Assembly: GCA_030141605.1 (NCBI GenBank)
Contig: JAQGDQ010000837.1
Location: 1-64,000, forward strand
Reading direction: 5' to 3'
Origin: Tubiluchus corallicola
Lineage: Eukaryota > Animalia > Priapulida
DNA length: 64,000 nucleotides
This document shows positions 1 to 12,652 of this stretch, piece after piece. The notes under the pieces were generated by a model. The model saw only the letters and a list, made by a program, of their open reading frames with translations. It ran no database searches and was not told the DNA's origin. Numbering within the stretch: the first letter of the stretch is position 1; each line of letters begins with the position of its first letter. A program made the position numbers and the translations under genes.

Positions 1-272
1 CCATGATAATTTCACTGAATAAATATAAATGTAAATGAAATATTATCCAGAAATTACAAAAGAGATTCTTATGCAGCATATACATGTGCAAATTACATTA
101 CAGAATAATTTTGATGCCTATAGTTTGAGCCTAAAAGTATAGCTTGACAGGCCAAACTGTACGTGGAAATCTTAAAGAAGTGATTAATAATTGAAATAAT
201 GATAATATATACATAAAAGTGTGGGGGGAGTAGTGAATGAAAGATGAAATCGAGTGAGAACTAGGAAAAACT

Positions 273-1294
273 GTAATTACGATGTAAACTGATGTATGGT
301 ACATTGTTATTATAAATGTTTTAGCACATTCGCTAAGGTTTTGTGGAGGAGGTAACACTTGATTAGATATATGGAGGTGTGCACTGCAAATATATATATA
401 GATGGGAAGTAGTAAATGTATTATTATTATTGAGGGTAAGTTGTTGAAAATGAAAAACAAAACAAAGTGATGAATCAGTAAGTAAGCAAGCAGGTGAATA
501 TGATTAATATATTTTTTTTAAATACGGACAGTGAGCAGACATTTTTAAAGCAATTAAATTCAATAGGTAAGGGCAACTATTGGTGTATCAACAGTTTAAA
601 GTGTTCACTATGATTAGATGATATTAACCGAACATTTGTTTTTAGGATTATATCCGATGTACTTGATACAGTTGAAGGCTTGTTCACACAGCCCTCATGC
701 CAGGATTTTGTCAGCTACTCCATGAGATATTTTAAGCATTTTGAAGATTTAATTTGTCCAGTGAAGTCTACCAAGAACAGTGGCGAGGCAACAGTTTAAA
801 GTGTTCACTATGATTAGATGATATTAACCGAACATTTGTTTTTAGGATTATATCCGATGTACTTGATACAGTTAAAGGCTTGTTCACTCAGCCCTCATGC
901 CAGGATTTTGTCAGCTACTCCATGAGATATTTTAAGCATTTTCAAGATTTAATTTGTCCACTGAAGTCTACCAAGAACAGTGGCGTAGCTAGCAGCGGAG
1001 CAAGGGGGATGCAATCACTCCCCGGAGCACATTTCAAAATTGGCACTTTTTCAATAATGGAGTCATTACTTTGTTTGGCTACCCTGTCTCCCGTGTTTTT
1101 GATATGAGCGTGCTTTAATTCAATTCATTTGCCAAGGTTGTTTGATTGAATCAAGGTTAAGATTGCCCCAAATCTGATTATTATAATATGTTCTTGTCAC
1201 ACGATTATCTAGACACGATTTAGATGTGATTGTCTAGTAGTAGAGGTACTGTCAATTATGTATTGGAAAGCAAGTATTGGTGTCTTTATATTTT
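273..1294. repeat. Left arm of about 1 kb inverted repeat (partner 6447-7466)
   Basis: Direct base comparison; includes the same 200-bp tandem duplication. Confidence 0.9.
646..1107 (+). pseudogene. Inverted duplicate of the two terminal-exon copies of the secreted-protein gene, downstream of the RILPL first coding exon (presumed intron)
   Basis: Near-identical reverse complement of 6634-7095 (IISDVLDTV..FTQPSCQDFVSYSMRYFKHF), including acceptors; no upstream exons seen. Confidence 0.7.
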
Positions 1295-1974
1295 TTGGAC
1301 AGTGAACTAAAATGAGATTGAGTCTAAACAATCATCCGGTCTTTTAATAGACTTACTTTGGGATGGAAGTGTTTTGACACTTTTAACCAACTGAATCTAC
1401 TAGTAATCGGGTCCAGCATATTACTACTGTAGAAATATGAGTCATGACTCATCACTTTAGTATGCATTGCAAAGGCTTTAAATGAATTTTCAAAACGAAT
1501 TAATGTCACCTATGTGTAATTATTTGAGAAGCATAATTTATATAAGTGAATTGATAAAAACAGAAAAAAAAATTGCAAATCTGATTACTACGTTTAAAAT
1601 TCACAAAAGTTCATGCAAGCTCGGTCGATTTATTTTTTCACAAAGTTAGTTTATAAAATTCTGATACTGATAAAAACACTGAAAATCTGTTGCTGTGTAT
1701 CGTACATATTCACGCAAAACACCTAGTCACCTAGTGCTTGAGCTGCATCCTGAATGAGACTGGCGACCACATATATTCATGATCAGATTGAAAATATCAA
1801 AAAGTATAGGTATTATCTCATGAGTTAAACACTTTCTGAACACCGAACATCTTCTAACATTATATAACAGTTTAATATTATCACATTTAAATTACTGCAC
1901 AACATTATGGGGCTTTACTTATACTACAAATTTAGAATGCTTAAGAGTTTTACAACTTTTAAAACTTAAGTGTC

Positions 1975-2460
1975 ACTCCCTTTCAACTTTTAAAAAAACC
2001 GTCAGAAAAGAAATATTTCAAAAGTATTGAGAGTAACACAATTTGATAATGGTAATCGCCTGCATTCTTTTTCCACAGTAATCTTAATAAAACGTGACTG
2101 TGCTCAACAGGTTACTGAACACTTTATAATCATGATCACAGTTTTTCTTAGTTCTCGCTCCATTTCATCTTTCATTCACTACTCTCCCCCCACACTTTTA
2201 TGTATATATTATCATTATTTCAATTATTAATCACTTCTTTAAGATTTCCACGTACAGTTTGGCCCCTGTCAAGCTATGCTTTTAGGCTCAAACTGTATGC
2301 ATCAAAATTACTCTCTAATGTAATTTGCACATGTATATGCTGCTTAAGAATCTCTTTTGTAATTTCTGGATAATATTGCATTTATATTTACTTCAGTGAA
2401 ATTATCTGTATTTTTATAACTGTTAGATGCAGAGTGGAAATAAATAAACTTATACTTATA
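1975..2460 (+). mobile_element. Interspersed repeat, probable LINE (CR1/L2-like) 3' end; copies at 20520-21010 (+) and 1-272 (-)
   Basis: Three similar copies; the two + copies end in GAGTGGAAATAAA followed by a short CTTATA-type tail. Confidence 0.6.
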
Positions 2461-2966
2461 CAGTTGGTGATGACATTGTGAAAAGTAGCGGGAACTTCAA
2501 ACCACCGGGCAAGTGATTAAATGTTTGGGATCCAGAAACGATGAGATTAATTACAGCGGGTGACAGATTTAAAGCAAAACTGCTATGCTAACATATTAGC
2601 GCATATGATAAATGTTTAGTTGTGTTAAACAGACTGTTTCGACATTTATTATAGTGCACAAAATTGACGTAAAGATGATGTAAAAGCAGCAAAAGCTCTA
2701 TGGCCACACGCAAGCGTTTTATTTTTAGATATTCTTACATATATATATATCTGCTACTGTGGAATGTCAAGCAGAAATAGTTATATTATGCAATCACATG
2801 TGTGTGTTTGCATATCAAAATCGTCTATACCTCGGCAATTAAACTATTCTAGTTATTCACATATCCTGAATCTCCATTTCATGAAGATCATTTTGATACT
2901 AAGTTCATCACTCAATGTTATTTCCAAGCGGATATATATAAATATATATATATTTTTAGATATTCT

Positions 2967-3007
<41 letters not shown>

Positions 3008-3490
3008 GTTTAAAAACAATTTTATTAAATTAAGAACTTCCATTATTTTTTATTTTCCTCATAACAAAAAGGGTACTTTTTGGCAATTGGGAAGATGAGT
3101 GGGCTAAACATACATCCGTTTCTTCCGAACATGTCCTCTCTTTGTACATTAAAAATCATGTTTCTTATGAGGTTTTTCATTAGTCTAAATACGCCTGGAA
3201 TTTTCCCAATCTCATGAATAAAGTAATGGAAATTGTTTTTGTATAGCAGTAGCTGGGGTGGTTTTTACCTCCACTGGAGCAGGTATTAATTACGTGAAAT
3301 ATTTTGCTCTGCTGTCGAATCTAAAGAAGTTCTTAGAATACTGCAAATGAATCGCAAAAAAGGAGACCTAATGCGTGAGCACATGGCAATTTGATAACAA
3401 TTAACTTATTATAAGCGTATTTCTTCCTTATTTTTTAATTGAAATGTGACATCAAACAAATTAGTCATTTAGTCTTTCATTAGACGATTT

Positions 3491-4012
3491 CAGTGGTGCC
3501 TCGTGTATAGGTACAGTGGAACTGCAGCACCCCCTGTTTTCACTCGATATTACTGATAATATTCAATATAATGTCTTTTTCTTTAGCTCTTTCTTTGTAC
3601 CTGTTGGAACCAGATCACGGAGGTAGTACTGTTTGCTTCACAGCCCAGCACACTGCGCTCTAGCAACGAGGTGTTTGGCTGTTGTGCGCATGCAGCCATG
3701 CACACATGTCAGAGCCCAGATAGAGAAAGGACTGTCACTCACACAGTTTGTTGACAGTTGTCACATGCTTACAGTGAACGAATCAAGCTTGAACTGCGGC
3801 AACTTAGGCTATTAATAAGCAGAAAATATTTTTTGTTTAGGATTTTATTAAGTTTATGCACAAACTTTCATATGTTTGTTTGTTTAACATTGCAAAATTT
3901 TTGCAAATTACAACACAAAACTACATATGTTTGCTTCCTTTTACACAGTAGTAAAACAATGGCTAAAAATTTTCTGAAGCAGACCTCCATTTTAGCTACG
4001 AGCTTGCCACTG
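3491..4012. mobile_element. hAT-type MITE; related copy about 48519-48990
   Basis: Imperfect TIRs CAGTGG...CCACTG and perfect 8-bp TSD GACGATTT. Confidence 0.85.
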
Positions 4013-4470
4013 GACGATTTAAAAAATGTCAGAGTCCAACCCCTAAAGTAAATTATCAATGTGCTATATATAAAGGCAGGGTTTTTAGGACTTTTTAGTC
4101 GTACACTGCGGTCAAACTTATTCCCCTTTTCAACATAAGTTTAACTATTGTTTGCTTGTGATTCTATTGTGTGAAATCTACATCAAAAACTTGTTGAAAG
4201 CGATGCACATAAAATAGAATGTAGGTAGCTTCAGCAATTCCCATCCGCCGCTTTACAGGCTAACTAACTGTATTCTTTTTTATGAATGCAGATGGAAAGA
4301 CTAAGGAAGAGTGATGCTCACAAAATTAATAAACATTCAAAAGTTTAGGTCAGATTATAACTCATTATCTACTAAACCAAATGCAATTCCAATTGTTTAC
4401 TTTTGCGCAGTCAGATAAATTTACAAAAGTAACACTACAAATTAACCAATTAAAAAATAGGCCATTATAC

Positions 4471-4743
4471 CGCTTCATATTTCAATCGTTCAACATTCCT
4501 CTCTGATTTTTCTGCTTCTAGCCTTTGAACACTTAGCTGCAATTCATTAATTTGGTCATTTTCTCTTTCATTCTTCTGCGCTAAAGCTTCCAGCTGCTCT
4601 AGAACGTAGATTACTTTGGGCATTAATTCTGTTACAGAATCTGTACCATAAAATTCAATTATTCTCTCAAACTCTTTTCCAATTGAAGAAGCAGACTCAT
4701 AAACGTCAACCACTGTAATGTCTGCAACTTGTTCGACATCCAT
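4471..4743 (-). CDS. RILPL1: First coding exon of a RILP-like protein (RH1 domain); gene continues leftwards
   Basis: ATG at 4743, 91 codons MDVEQVADITVVDVYESASSIGKEFERIIEFYGTDSVTELMPKVIYVLEQLE...RLKYEA, then donor GTATAA. TVxDVY..AS.IG.EFER.I...LMPKV..VLE is the RILP/RILPL RH1 signature. Exact paralog assignment is nominal. Confidence 0.88.
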
Positions 4744-4980
4744 TTTGACAACGGATTTTATAAAACTTCGCTTTTTATCTACTACTAGATTAATAAAATT
4801 TATAGTTTTTCGCAACACGTGATGAAATTTCGCTATGCGGCGCGAAGGCGTCGATTTCACTTAAATTTAGCAATCGGTCCTAACTGAGCTTAGTGCATCA
4901 CTATGATCTACGCGGTATTTTGCACGACCATGACACGCAAGTTTAAAACAAAGGTTTGTGGTGGATATTATTTTGTCAAA

Positions 4981-5325
4981 TAGGGGTGAGCATTCTCTAC
5001 CAGAAAGAGAATTCGAATCGAATTCGAACCGAACTTCAGTATTTCGAATTGAGATTGAAAGATTTTCCAAAAAAGTTTTCGAACCACCAGTAATCTTACA
5101 CAGTCATGCATATTACACGACTTTGTTCTGCAGTAAAACCACCAATAATTTGTTTAAAAATTGTGCACAAAAGTCACACTTAAATTATGCTGATTGCATG
5201 ACGTTTCAATTTTTTTATTGATCAAGAACATATGTGATTGCAGTGCTGAGTTAGATTCTATAGTTTTAGGTTTGAACTAAAAAAACTCGTTCGAATCAAA
5301 ATTGAACGTTCGATGAGCACCCCTA
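4981..5325. mobile_element. MITE with TAGGGGTG termini (hAT-like); inverted copy 55823-56221
   Basis: TIRs TAGGGGTGAGCA / GAGCACCCCTA, TTCGAA-rich subterminal repeats, second copy in window. Confidence 0.75.
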
Positions 5326-5384
5326 ATGTCTAAATTATCTTGCAAGGCTGACCAAGATTAAATTTTTTGGTACATTGACAAAGA

Positions 5385-5393
5385 ACTGGTCAG

Positions 5394-5432
<39 letters not shown>

Positions 5433-6768
5433 TAATCAAAAAGTGATGCACAAAAACAATATTTTCCAAATCCATGATTCTGTTGCAAAGCTACAACAAT
5501 TAGTCTATATTTATTATGGTTACATGTGCACAGATTTTATTATTTGCCAGTAATAACGCCAGACATTCAGATAAAAACTCCACTGGTTGACAGCGTAAAT
5601 GAAAACTGATTACAGCAATAATAACGATGGAGAAACCGGTAGCAACAACACCTTATAAAACATCTTTTACTTATTAATAGCAAATTAATGACATCATTCA
5701 ATAAAAGTCAAATTCAAAATTTTTATGCATTTTATAATAATTTACCATTATATGCTATGATACATATGATGATAATGTTTGTATCAACATCTTGTAACCG
5801 AGATTACTACAAACGTTTTTGCAGAAGGCAATTTATTATGTAAATAAACTATAATTTTTACAAAAAAAATTATTATTATTATTTTACAATAACATTTACA
5901 AAAAACCATTAATTTACTAGATCATTTACTAAAATACTTAAACAACAACTTTTTAAAGGAAGACCGGACGATTGTTCAGACTTAATCTCGTTTTAATTTA
6001 CTGTTCAAAATATACATTTTCTTGCTTATAAAAGTTAGTAATTGTTTCTTATATTTGAATAACTAGCTTAGAAAGTTAATTAACGGCATTATTCTTTATT
6101 CTGAACTAATGTTTGCACAATCACCAGGTTTTCCTTTAAACACCATATTATCTACTATGAAAAACAAACTGAATGGAATAAAATTTAAATAATCGACCAC
6201 CAAAAACAAAAAAATTCTCTTTATAAATAGAACTGAATCACAGAAATTGTTCTTAACATTACTGACTATCATAAGTTATTTATAGTTGCAATAGAAAAAA
6301 ATGATGAAAAAACTTTAACAAGAGTCACTATTTACAGTTCATGTGCAGCATGGCCGCTTGTTCTTATTCAGGGGCGTAGCTAGGCACTAAAGATAGGGGG
6401 GAGCAAGCACATAAAAAAGGGTACCTTGCTATAACACTCTCATAATAAAATATAAAGACACCAATACTTGCTTTCCAATACATAATTGACAGTACCTCTA
6501 CTACTAGACAATCACATCTAAATCGTGTCTAGATAATCGTGTGACAAGAACATATTATAATAATCAGATTTGGGGCAATCTTAACCTTGATTCAATCAAA
6601 CAACCTTGGCAAATGAATTGAATTAAAGCACGCTCATATCAAAAACACGGGAGACAGGGTAGCCAAACAAAGTAATGACTCCATTATTGAAAAAGTGCCA
6701 ATTTTGAAATGTGCTCCGGGGAGCGGTTGCATCCCCCTTGCTCCGCTGCTAGCTACGCCACTGTTCTT
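5385..6768 (+). repeat. Segmental direct duplication of parts of 19835-22565
   Basis: 5395-5670 matches about 19960-20205, and 5680-6768 matches about 21655-22565, including the same hAT MITE. Confidence 0.85.
6369..6763. mobile_element. hAT-type MITE; copy 22167-22560, partial inverted copy 978-1294
   Basis: TIRs CAGGGGCGTAGCTAG / CTAGCTACGCCACTG; degenerate TSD beginning TTCTT. Confidence 0.8.
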
Positions 6769-7466
6769 GGTAGACTTCACTGGACAAATTAAATCTTGAA
6801 AATGCTTAAAATATCTCATGGAGTAGCTGACAAAATCCTGGCATGAGGGCTGAGTGAACAAGCCTTTAACTGTATCAAGTACATCGGATATAATCCTAAA
6901 AACAAATGTTCGGTTAATATCATCTAATCATAGTGAACACTTTAAACTGTTGCCTCGCCACTGTTCTTGGTAGACTTCACTGGACAAATTAAATCTTCAA
7001 AATGCTTAAAATATCTCATGGAGTAGCTGACAAAATCCTGGCATGAGGGCTGTGTGAACAAGCCTTCAACTGTATCAAGTACATCGGATATAATCCTAAA
7101 AACAAATGTTCGGTTAATATCACGTAATCATAGTGAACACTTTAAACTGTTGATACACCAATAGTTGCCCTTACCTATTGAATTTAATTGCTTTAAAAAT
7201 GTCTGCTCACTGTCCGTATTTAAAAAAATATATTAATCATATTCACCTGCTTACTTACTGATTAATGACTTTGTTTTGTTTTTCATTTTCAACAACTTAC
7301 CGTCTAGGATAATAATAATACAGGTCCTACTTCCCTTCTGTATGTATATTTGCAGTGCACACCTCCATATATCTAATCAAGTGTTGCCTCCTCCACAAAT
7401 CCTTAGCGAATGTGTTTAAACATTTATAATTACTTTGTACCGTACATCAGTTTATATCGTAATTAC
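6447..7466. repeat. Right arm of about 1 kb inverted repeat (partner 273-1294)
   Basis: Direct base comparison. Confidence 0.9.
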
Positions 7467-10400
7467 GAAATACTACTAACGCCCACTGCATTCCTAACTG
7501 TCAACAATATGTTGTTAATTTTATTTACTCACTAATAATTCTAGTGGCCTAACGTAAGCTTGCTTCCTAGGTCTCTAGCGCAGAGTTTAAGAATTCTATC
7601 TTAATTTTGTTGTATTAAATTTGATTTACAAATGTACTTGTGATGCATAAGTATTTGTTTTTATGTGGAATAAAAATGGTTTGAATTAATTAGACCGTGC
7701 TATAGTGCTAACAAAAGAACTGAAGAAGAAGAAGTAGAAGCAAATAATTTTTTGCTATGCCAAACTTACATGCAGTCATCTGTAGACAAAGGATTGCCAT
7801 GTGTTAACCAATTGATCTGCAACAGCTTTGCACCCTGTTCCTGTATTGTCGCGGTTCCCTCATCACCAAATGCTGCTATGCAGGCCATTTCCTTTTGAAC
7901 TGCAAGTTGAATATGCATAAGTTTTTTTCAAGTCAGTATCGATAAAAGTTGCAAGAATGTTTACAACATGTTTCCTAGTCTCAGCCACAATAAAAAAATG
8001 AAACTGACAAAGCATGATTGGAAGAATTGTTAAGAGACTGTTGACACTGTATTTACCATGATGGAATTATATTATTACACACATATTGTTCTAAAAACCA
8101 AAATTACATCTACAATGAAACACACATTATTGCAACATGCATGTATGATATAAAACCACGCCGCCCTGCTACGTCACCAATTTGTTTCTGTTGAAACCAT
8201 GGAAACAAAAGTAAAAAGTTTAAAAGCAATTAAAGTTTAAAAGTTTTAAAGCAACAAAAGCAATTAGCTGACGTAAAACTTTATTTTTACTATACTTTTG
8301 CACAAAAAGGCTTCTTAACGTCTGAAGTACTCACACTTTACATCACTCAAGAGGTAAGCAGGAACATTCAAACATTGATCTTTTGTAGCCACAAAGAAAG
8401 CTGATGCGTAGAATTTTAAATCAGCAACAGTGATTTCATTAATAATGTGATTCAGCTCGTCTGGAAGGTATTCCAAGCCCAGGTTTGACTTCATTTCTTC
8501 TGGAACAACTTTAAGCATCTCTTCAACAAATTTGTCATCATCTTTGCATTTGGCAACCTTTAACAAATCGACCAAACAACCCGGAAATGGTTCAATTATA
8601 CCCCTGCAAAACAAAACAACAAACAAACATTTATAAAAAATTATTTAAAACTCGGTGAAACATGTAAAAAAATACGAAATTTTGAAAAGCTGCCTTATAT
8701 TAATAGACATAGACATAAACGTAGACATAGACATAGAACATTTATTTTCTCCAATTTGTTTGACATGACAAGTTTTTTAAATATTACTTAATTATAGTCG
8801 TGGAGCAGGGCAGAGAAGGACCATAGGGTCATCTCGTCTCCTGCCCTGTCTTATAATTAAATTAGTATGTTAAAAATAAATGGTGAGGCTACGGATAACA
8901 AAAACAAATAAGAAAAAATAATAATAAAAAACAGTATAAATGAAAACAAAGTATAAATGAAAACAGTATAAGTGAAAACAAAAAATAATAAAGTTGGATG
9001 ACACCTAAATCTAAACAAAACAATACAATTAATCAGTAATTATGATTATTATATATATTTTCAAATAGGGGCCTTATTGACAGGGGAATTTGACCAAGGT
9101 TAGTGAGTAAAGTTAAAAAAAACTGAGAGTATGGAGAGATAAAATAAGTATCAAAAAGTGTAATATAGAAAATTTAAGAGAAAAAGTAAGTATAAGAAAG
9201 AGCAACAATTACTTCGGAGAAGAGAAAAAAACTTGCTAGCTTGCTTATTAGTCTTACAAGTTATGTATTATAGGTATATTCATTTAGTAAGAATTTTGTG
9301 TATTTTTTGGAAGCAGAAAATAAGCTACCTTTAAAGGCAACGAGTTCCATAATTTAACGCCTCGTGATTTTAAGCTATTGAAACCATAGATTAATCAACT
9401 GTTTAGTAATAGCCCCAACAAACTACAGACTAAACAACAGTCAGGAATGAAATAAAAATGCCTTAACAAAAATCATACAGGATGCACACAATCCAGAATC
9501 TGTCAAAAACAACATGTCTGAGAAAGATTTTTGCTCACCTACGGGTTTGACCAATGCTGTTCCACCATCTTTCTTACATGCAGATTTTTATTAAACGTGC
9601 TTAATTTTTTGTCTTCTCAGACAAACTGTTCAGATTTGTGGGCTTGGAACAAAAATCTCTCACAGACAACGCTGATCAGACCAATAAAAAACAGTCATTT
9701 TCGTCACGTGTCATCTAATAATTGTTTATTTAGGTTATCCACCGCTTCGGTTTGTTTCATATAAAAGTTACCGCTTACCGTTTCTATTGCAGAAAGTTTT
9801 TATTATCACGTGCCATTAGCATAAGAGTTCTCTTGTCATGCAAAAAACACAGTGAAAAAACTGGACTCACCTGCACCAAGTGTGAACTGCGTTTAATATT
9901 GCGTTTCGTATAGCAGACATATCAGTAATGTTAGCAGCAGCTGACATTTGCTCAGTCATCTGCTGTACAGAAGCAGAAATGTTCAGACATTGTGGAGGAA
10001 TATTCTCCATTTGGTCAAGTGGCCCAAAATCACAAGCATAACTTCCAATAACCAGAGCTGAAACAAACACGGTTATTAATATGTGTCAACCCATTGAAAA
10101 TACTGAATTTGGTTGGCCAGGTGTAGGGGTTAGACTCCTGAGGGCCTTGATCATTGACAATGAGGTGGCCTAGTGGTCTCTGGTATATGACTTGTAAGTA
10201 GAAGGTCCCTAGTTCAAGTCCAGGCTATATTCCAACTTTTTCACATAGCTTGTCCTTCATGTCTAGTATTAAAATTTAATTAATTGAGGATTTATATCAT
10301 TACATAATAAAAAACAATTTAAATGCCATGACTTTAGAAGCAATATTCCAATTAAGCTTGAATTTTTAATGTGAGACTAAAAACAATTTGTTTTGTATTT

Positions 10401-12508
10401 GTAATACTTTAGCAGTTAAAACAACACGTAATGCAAGCAGCAACCAAATTACAATTTTTTGTTTTATGCAAATTTGAAATTTTGCACTACTGACACTTTA
10501 CCGACTATATCAAATATACAAAAAACCAATACACACAGTTATTTGAATGAAAATGGCAAACTGATTATTTTCTGACTGCATTTTGATAATTAGATTTGTG
10601 TGTCATCTTTGCACATTACAAAAATAAACAATTATGCCAATTTCGAAACAGACTCAAGAGTAAAACAATAGAAAAATTAATATGTGTAATATAACCAATG
10701 TAATATAACCAATAATCCATCCTTACAATCAAAGCTCTTTCAACCAATTTATCACTACACTGCTAAAATAACTTAAGGTACAGGTATAGCTTTAAAAGAT
10801 AAAAATCCCAACACACAGGACTATTCATTATCATCATCATATGCCCATTACGTCTATTGTAGACATTGGGCGTACAGAACTCTAAAATAAAAGAAATCTG
10901 CCCTTAAGACGGGTAAACACAGCAGTTAATCCAGCAAAAAACTAGTCTCCGCTATGCCAGTGGCTTGTCAGCACCACTTCCGATTCACACTAAACAAAAC
11001 AAAGGAACCCAATCCAATTTCTAACTAAACCAGGTTTCAAATAGTTTAAATGTAAACTTATCACCTTACACAGACAATATCAAGCTTCTGGAGATATAGC
11101 AAGCCAATTTTAAATAATCGGCTTACATTCGTAACCGAAAGCCATGCAAATCATTTTCCACATAATTGAGGCTAAATGGATTGGTGAAATCTTGATCTTG
11201 AATGTGCGCCATTTTTGCTAAAGCCCATAGGTTAAAAGTACAAACTATTAGCGAAGCGATACTAGATAGTCCACATCAAAACTTTTCGTTTGATTTGCAG
11301 AAAGTCAAATTTCGTGGTGTAAACAATAACGACGCTAGGCTAGAAAGCCACGCGCTTTTGCAGGGCTAGTTATGCATAACACAGCTTTGTGCCATTATCT
11401 AGCAAGATTACTAGTAAAACTATAGTGTCCTGCCATAGTTATTATCAGCGATGGTGATTTCAAATAACATCATCATTTTTGCGTAAGTGTGAAGTATGAG
11501 AATGTCTGCAAATGGACATGTTTATTAAACGCAAACGATCGTTTCGTCTTAGCAGCCATCTTCAATGCTATAAATCAAGCTAAGAAGATATAATTAGTAA
11601 GTTCGACACTATACTAATTTGACAACGTACATAATATATCATTACAAAATGAAATACTAGAATTCAAATTCTCAGAATAAAGATTCATATAATTAGAAAA
11701 AAATTCTTAAGAATGTAAAAAAGTGAATGATAAGTTGAAACGATCGTTTGTGCTTGATAAATAGAGTGAACAACACCTAATTGTAGATTCCTAAAGGCTG
11801 GTTCTTTCATGTATTTATCTGAAAATTATTAACAGAGCTACAAAATAATGGGATTCTCTCAGAACAAATATAATGTGGGTTACGCTTCATACAGGTAATT
11901 TTTTGTGCTTTAACTGTCTGCCTATTTATTTTACCTCAGATCATCAAAAATCGCTCTGTAATTTTTTTACATTATTATGATATATTATGACTCCATTATA
12001 CATTCGCTTGCTTATGTCTAAGAATTATGCTTGTGTTATAAATTAAATTTCAGTTGAAATTGTTATTATGTTTCTGTTGTCAGATTTTTATTTCAGTTCT
12101 TATTTCAGTTCAGTTTTATTCAGTTATTTTCAGTTTGATTTTTTTTATTATACACTTATTATTTCTGTGTATGAATTGTACTAACACGTTATAAGCATAT
12201 CAATTTAATGTCATTCGCAACAATTTAGTTTTTATTATAAGCAGTACTAACACTAATACACTGTAGCATAGCGCCTATAAAAAATGTTCATCACTAACCA
12301 AAGGGCAGCTGACTAGATGACTGATTGGTCTTTCGCTGCCCTTTCTTCACATTTTTGTTACCAAATTAACTGTATTATAAGTGTGCGTGTGTTACGAGAT
12401 AAATAGAAGATTATTATTATTATTATTATTATTACGCCGTTCTTCCACTAAAACAGAATTAATAAATGTCTTACCTGTTAGGAAAACTGCAAAGGTAGTT
12501 TTTGCCAT
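6942..12508 (-). CDS. Uncharacterised secreted, cysteine-containing protein (about 257 aa), 5 exons
   Basis: Phase-consistent GT-AG exons 12475-12508, 9871-10057, 8335-8603, 7770-7899, 6942-7095. N-terminus MAKTTFAVFLTALVIGSYAC looks like a signal peptide. Possible alternative last exon 6634-6895. No family recognised. Confidence 0.75.
8703..9392 (-). mobile_element. CR1/L2-type LINE 3' fragment
   Basis: Minus strand encodes YGFNSLKSRGVKLWNSL (typical ORF2 C-terminal LWN motif), followed by AATAAA and a (CTATGT)n tail. Confidence 0.65.
10162..10300 (+). mobile_element. Degenerate tRNA-derived SINE; related copy about 17282-17460
   Basis: A box TGGCCTAGTGG, B box GTTCAAGTCC; downstream AAAATTTAATTAATTG shared with the second copy. 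Confidence 0.5.
12090..12433 (+). mobile_element. LINE 3'-end repeat with (TTA)n tail; copies 16455-17085 (+) and 26955-27295 (-)
   Basis: Three similar copies with a GGGCAGC...GCTGCCC stem, ending in (TTA)n. Confidence 0.7.
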
Positions 12509-12590
12509 CGTGAATACAGCTATTATACTATACAGTGTCGTAGTACAAATCACAAATACGAATGCTTACATTACTTGCCCTAGCACTGTG

Positions 12591-12600
12591 CTTATATATC
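12591..12600 (-). promoter_or_regulatory. Putative TATA box of the secreted-protein gene
   Basis: Minus strand reads GATATATAAG, about 85 nt upstream of the ATG at 12508. Confidence 0.45.
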
Positions 12601-12652
12601 CTTGATCAGCAATCGCCAATGTCCAGGTAGTTTTCCAAAGGCTCTCAGAGGA

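Noticed and set aside
4744-4860. N-terminal extension of the RILPL ORF in the track
   Set aside because: Starts at a non-ATG codon; RH1 similarity begins just after the ATG at 4743.
9539-9680. Possible extra exon of the secreted gene (good donor AG|GTGAGC at 9539)
   Set aside because: All three frames from the most obvious acceptor contain stops, and exons 9871 and 8603 already join in phase.
10162-10235. tRNA gene
   Set aside because: A and B boxes are present but I could not fold a cloverleaf; a related degenerate copy at 17.3 kb points to a SINE.
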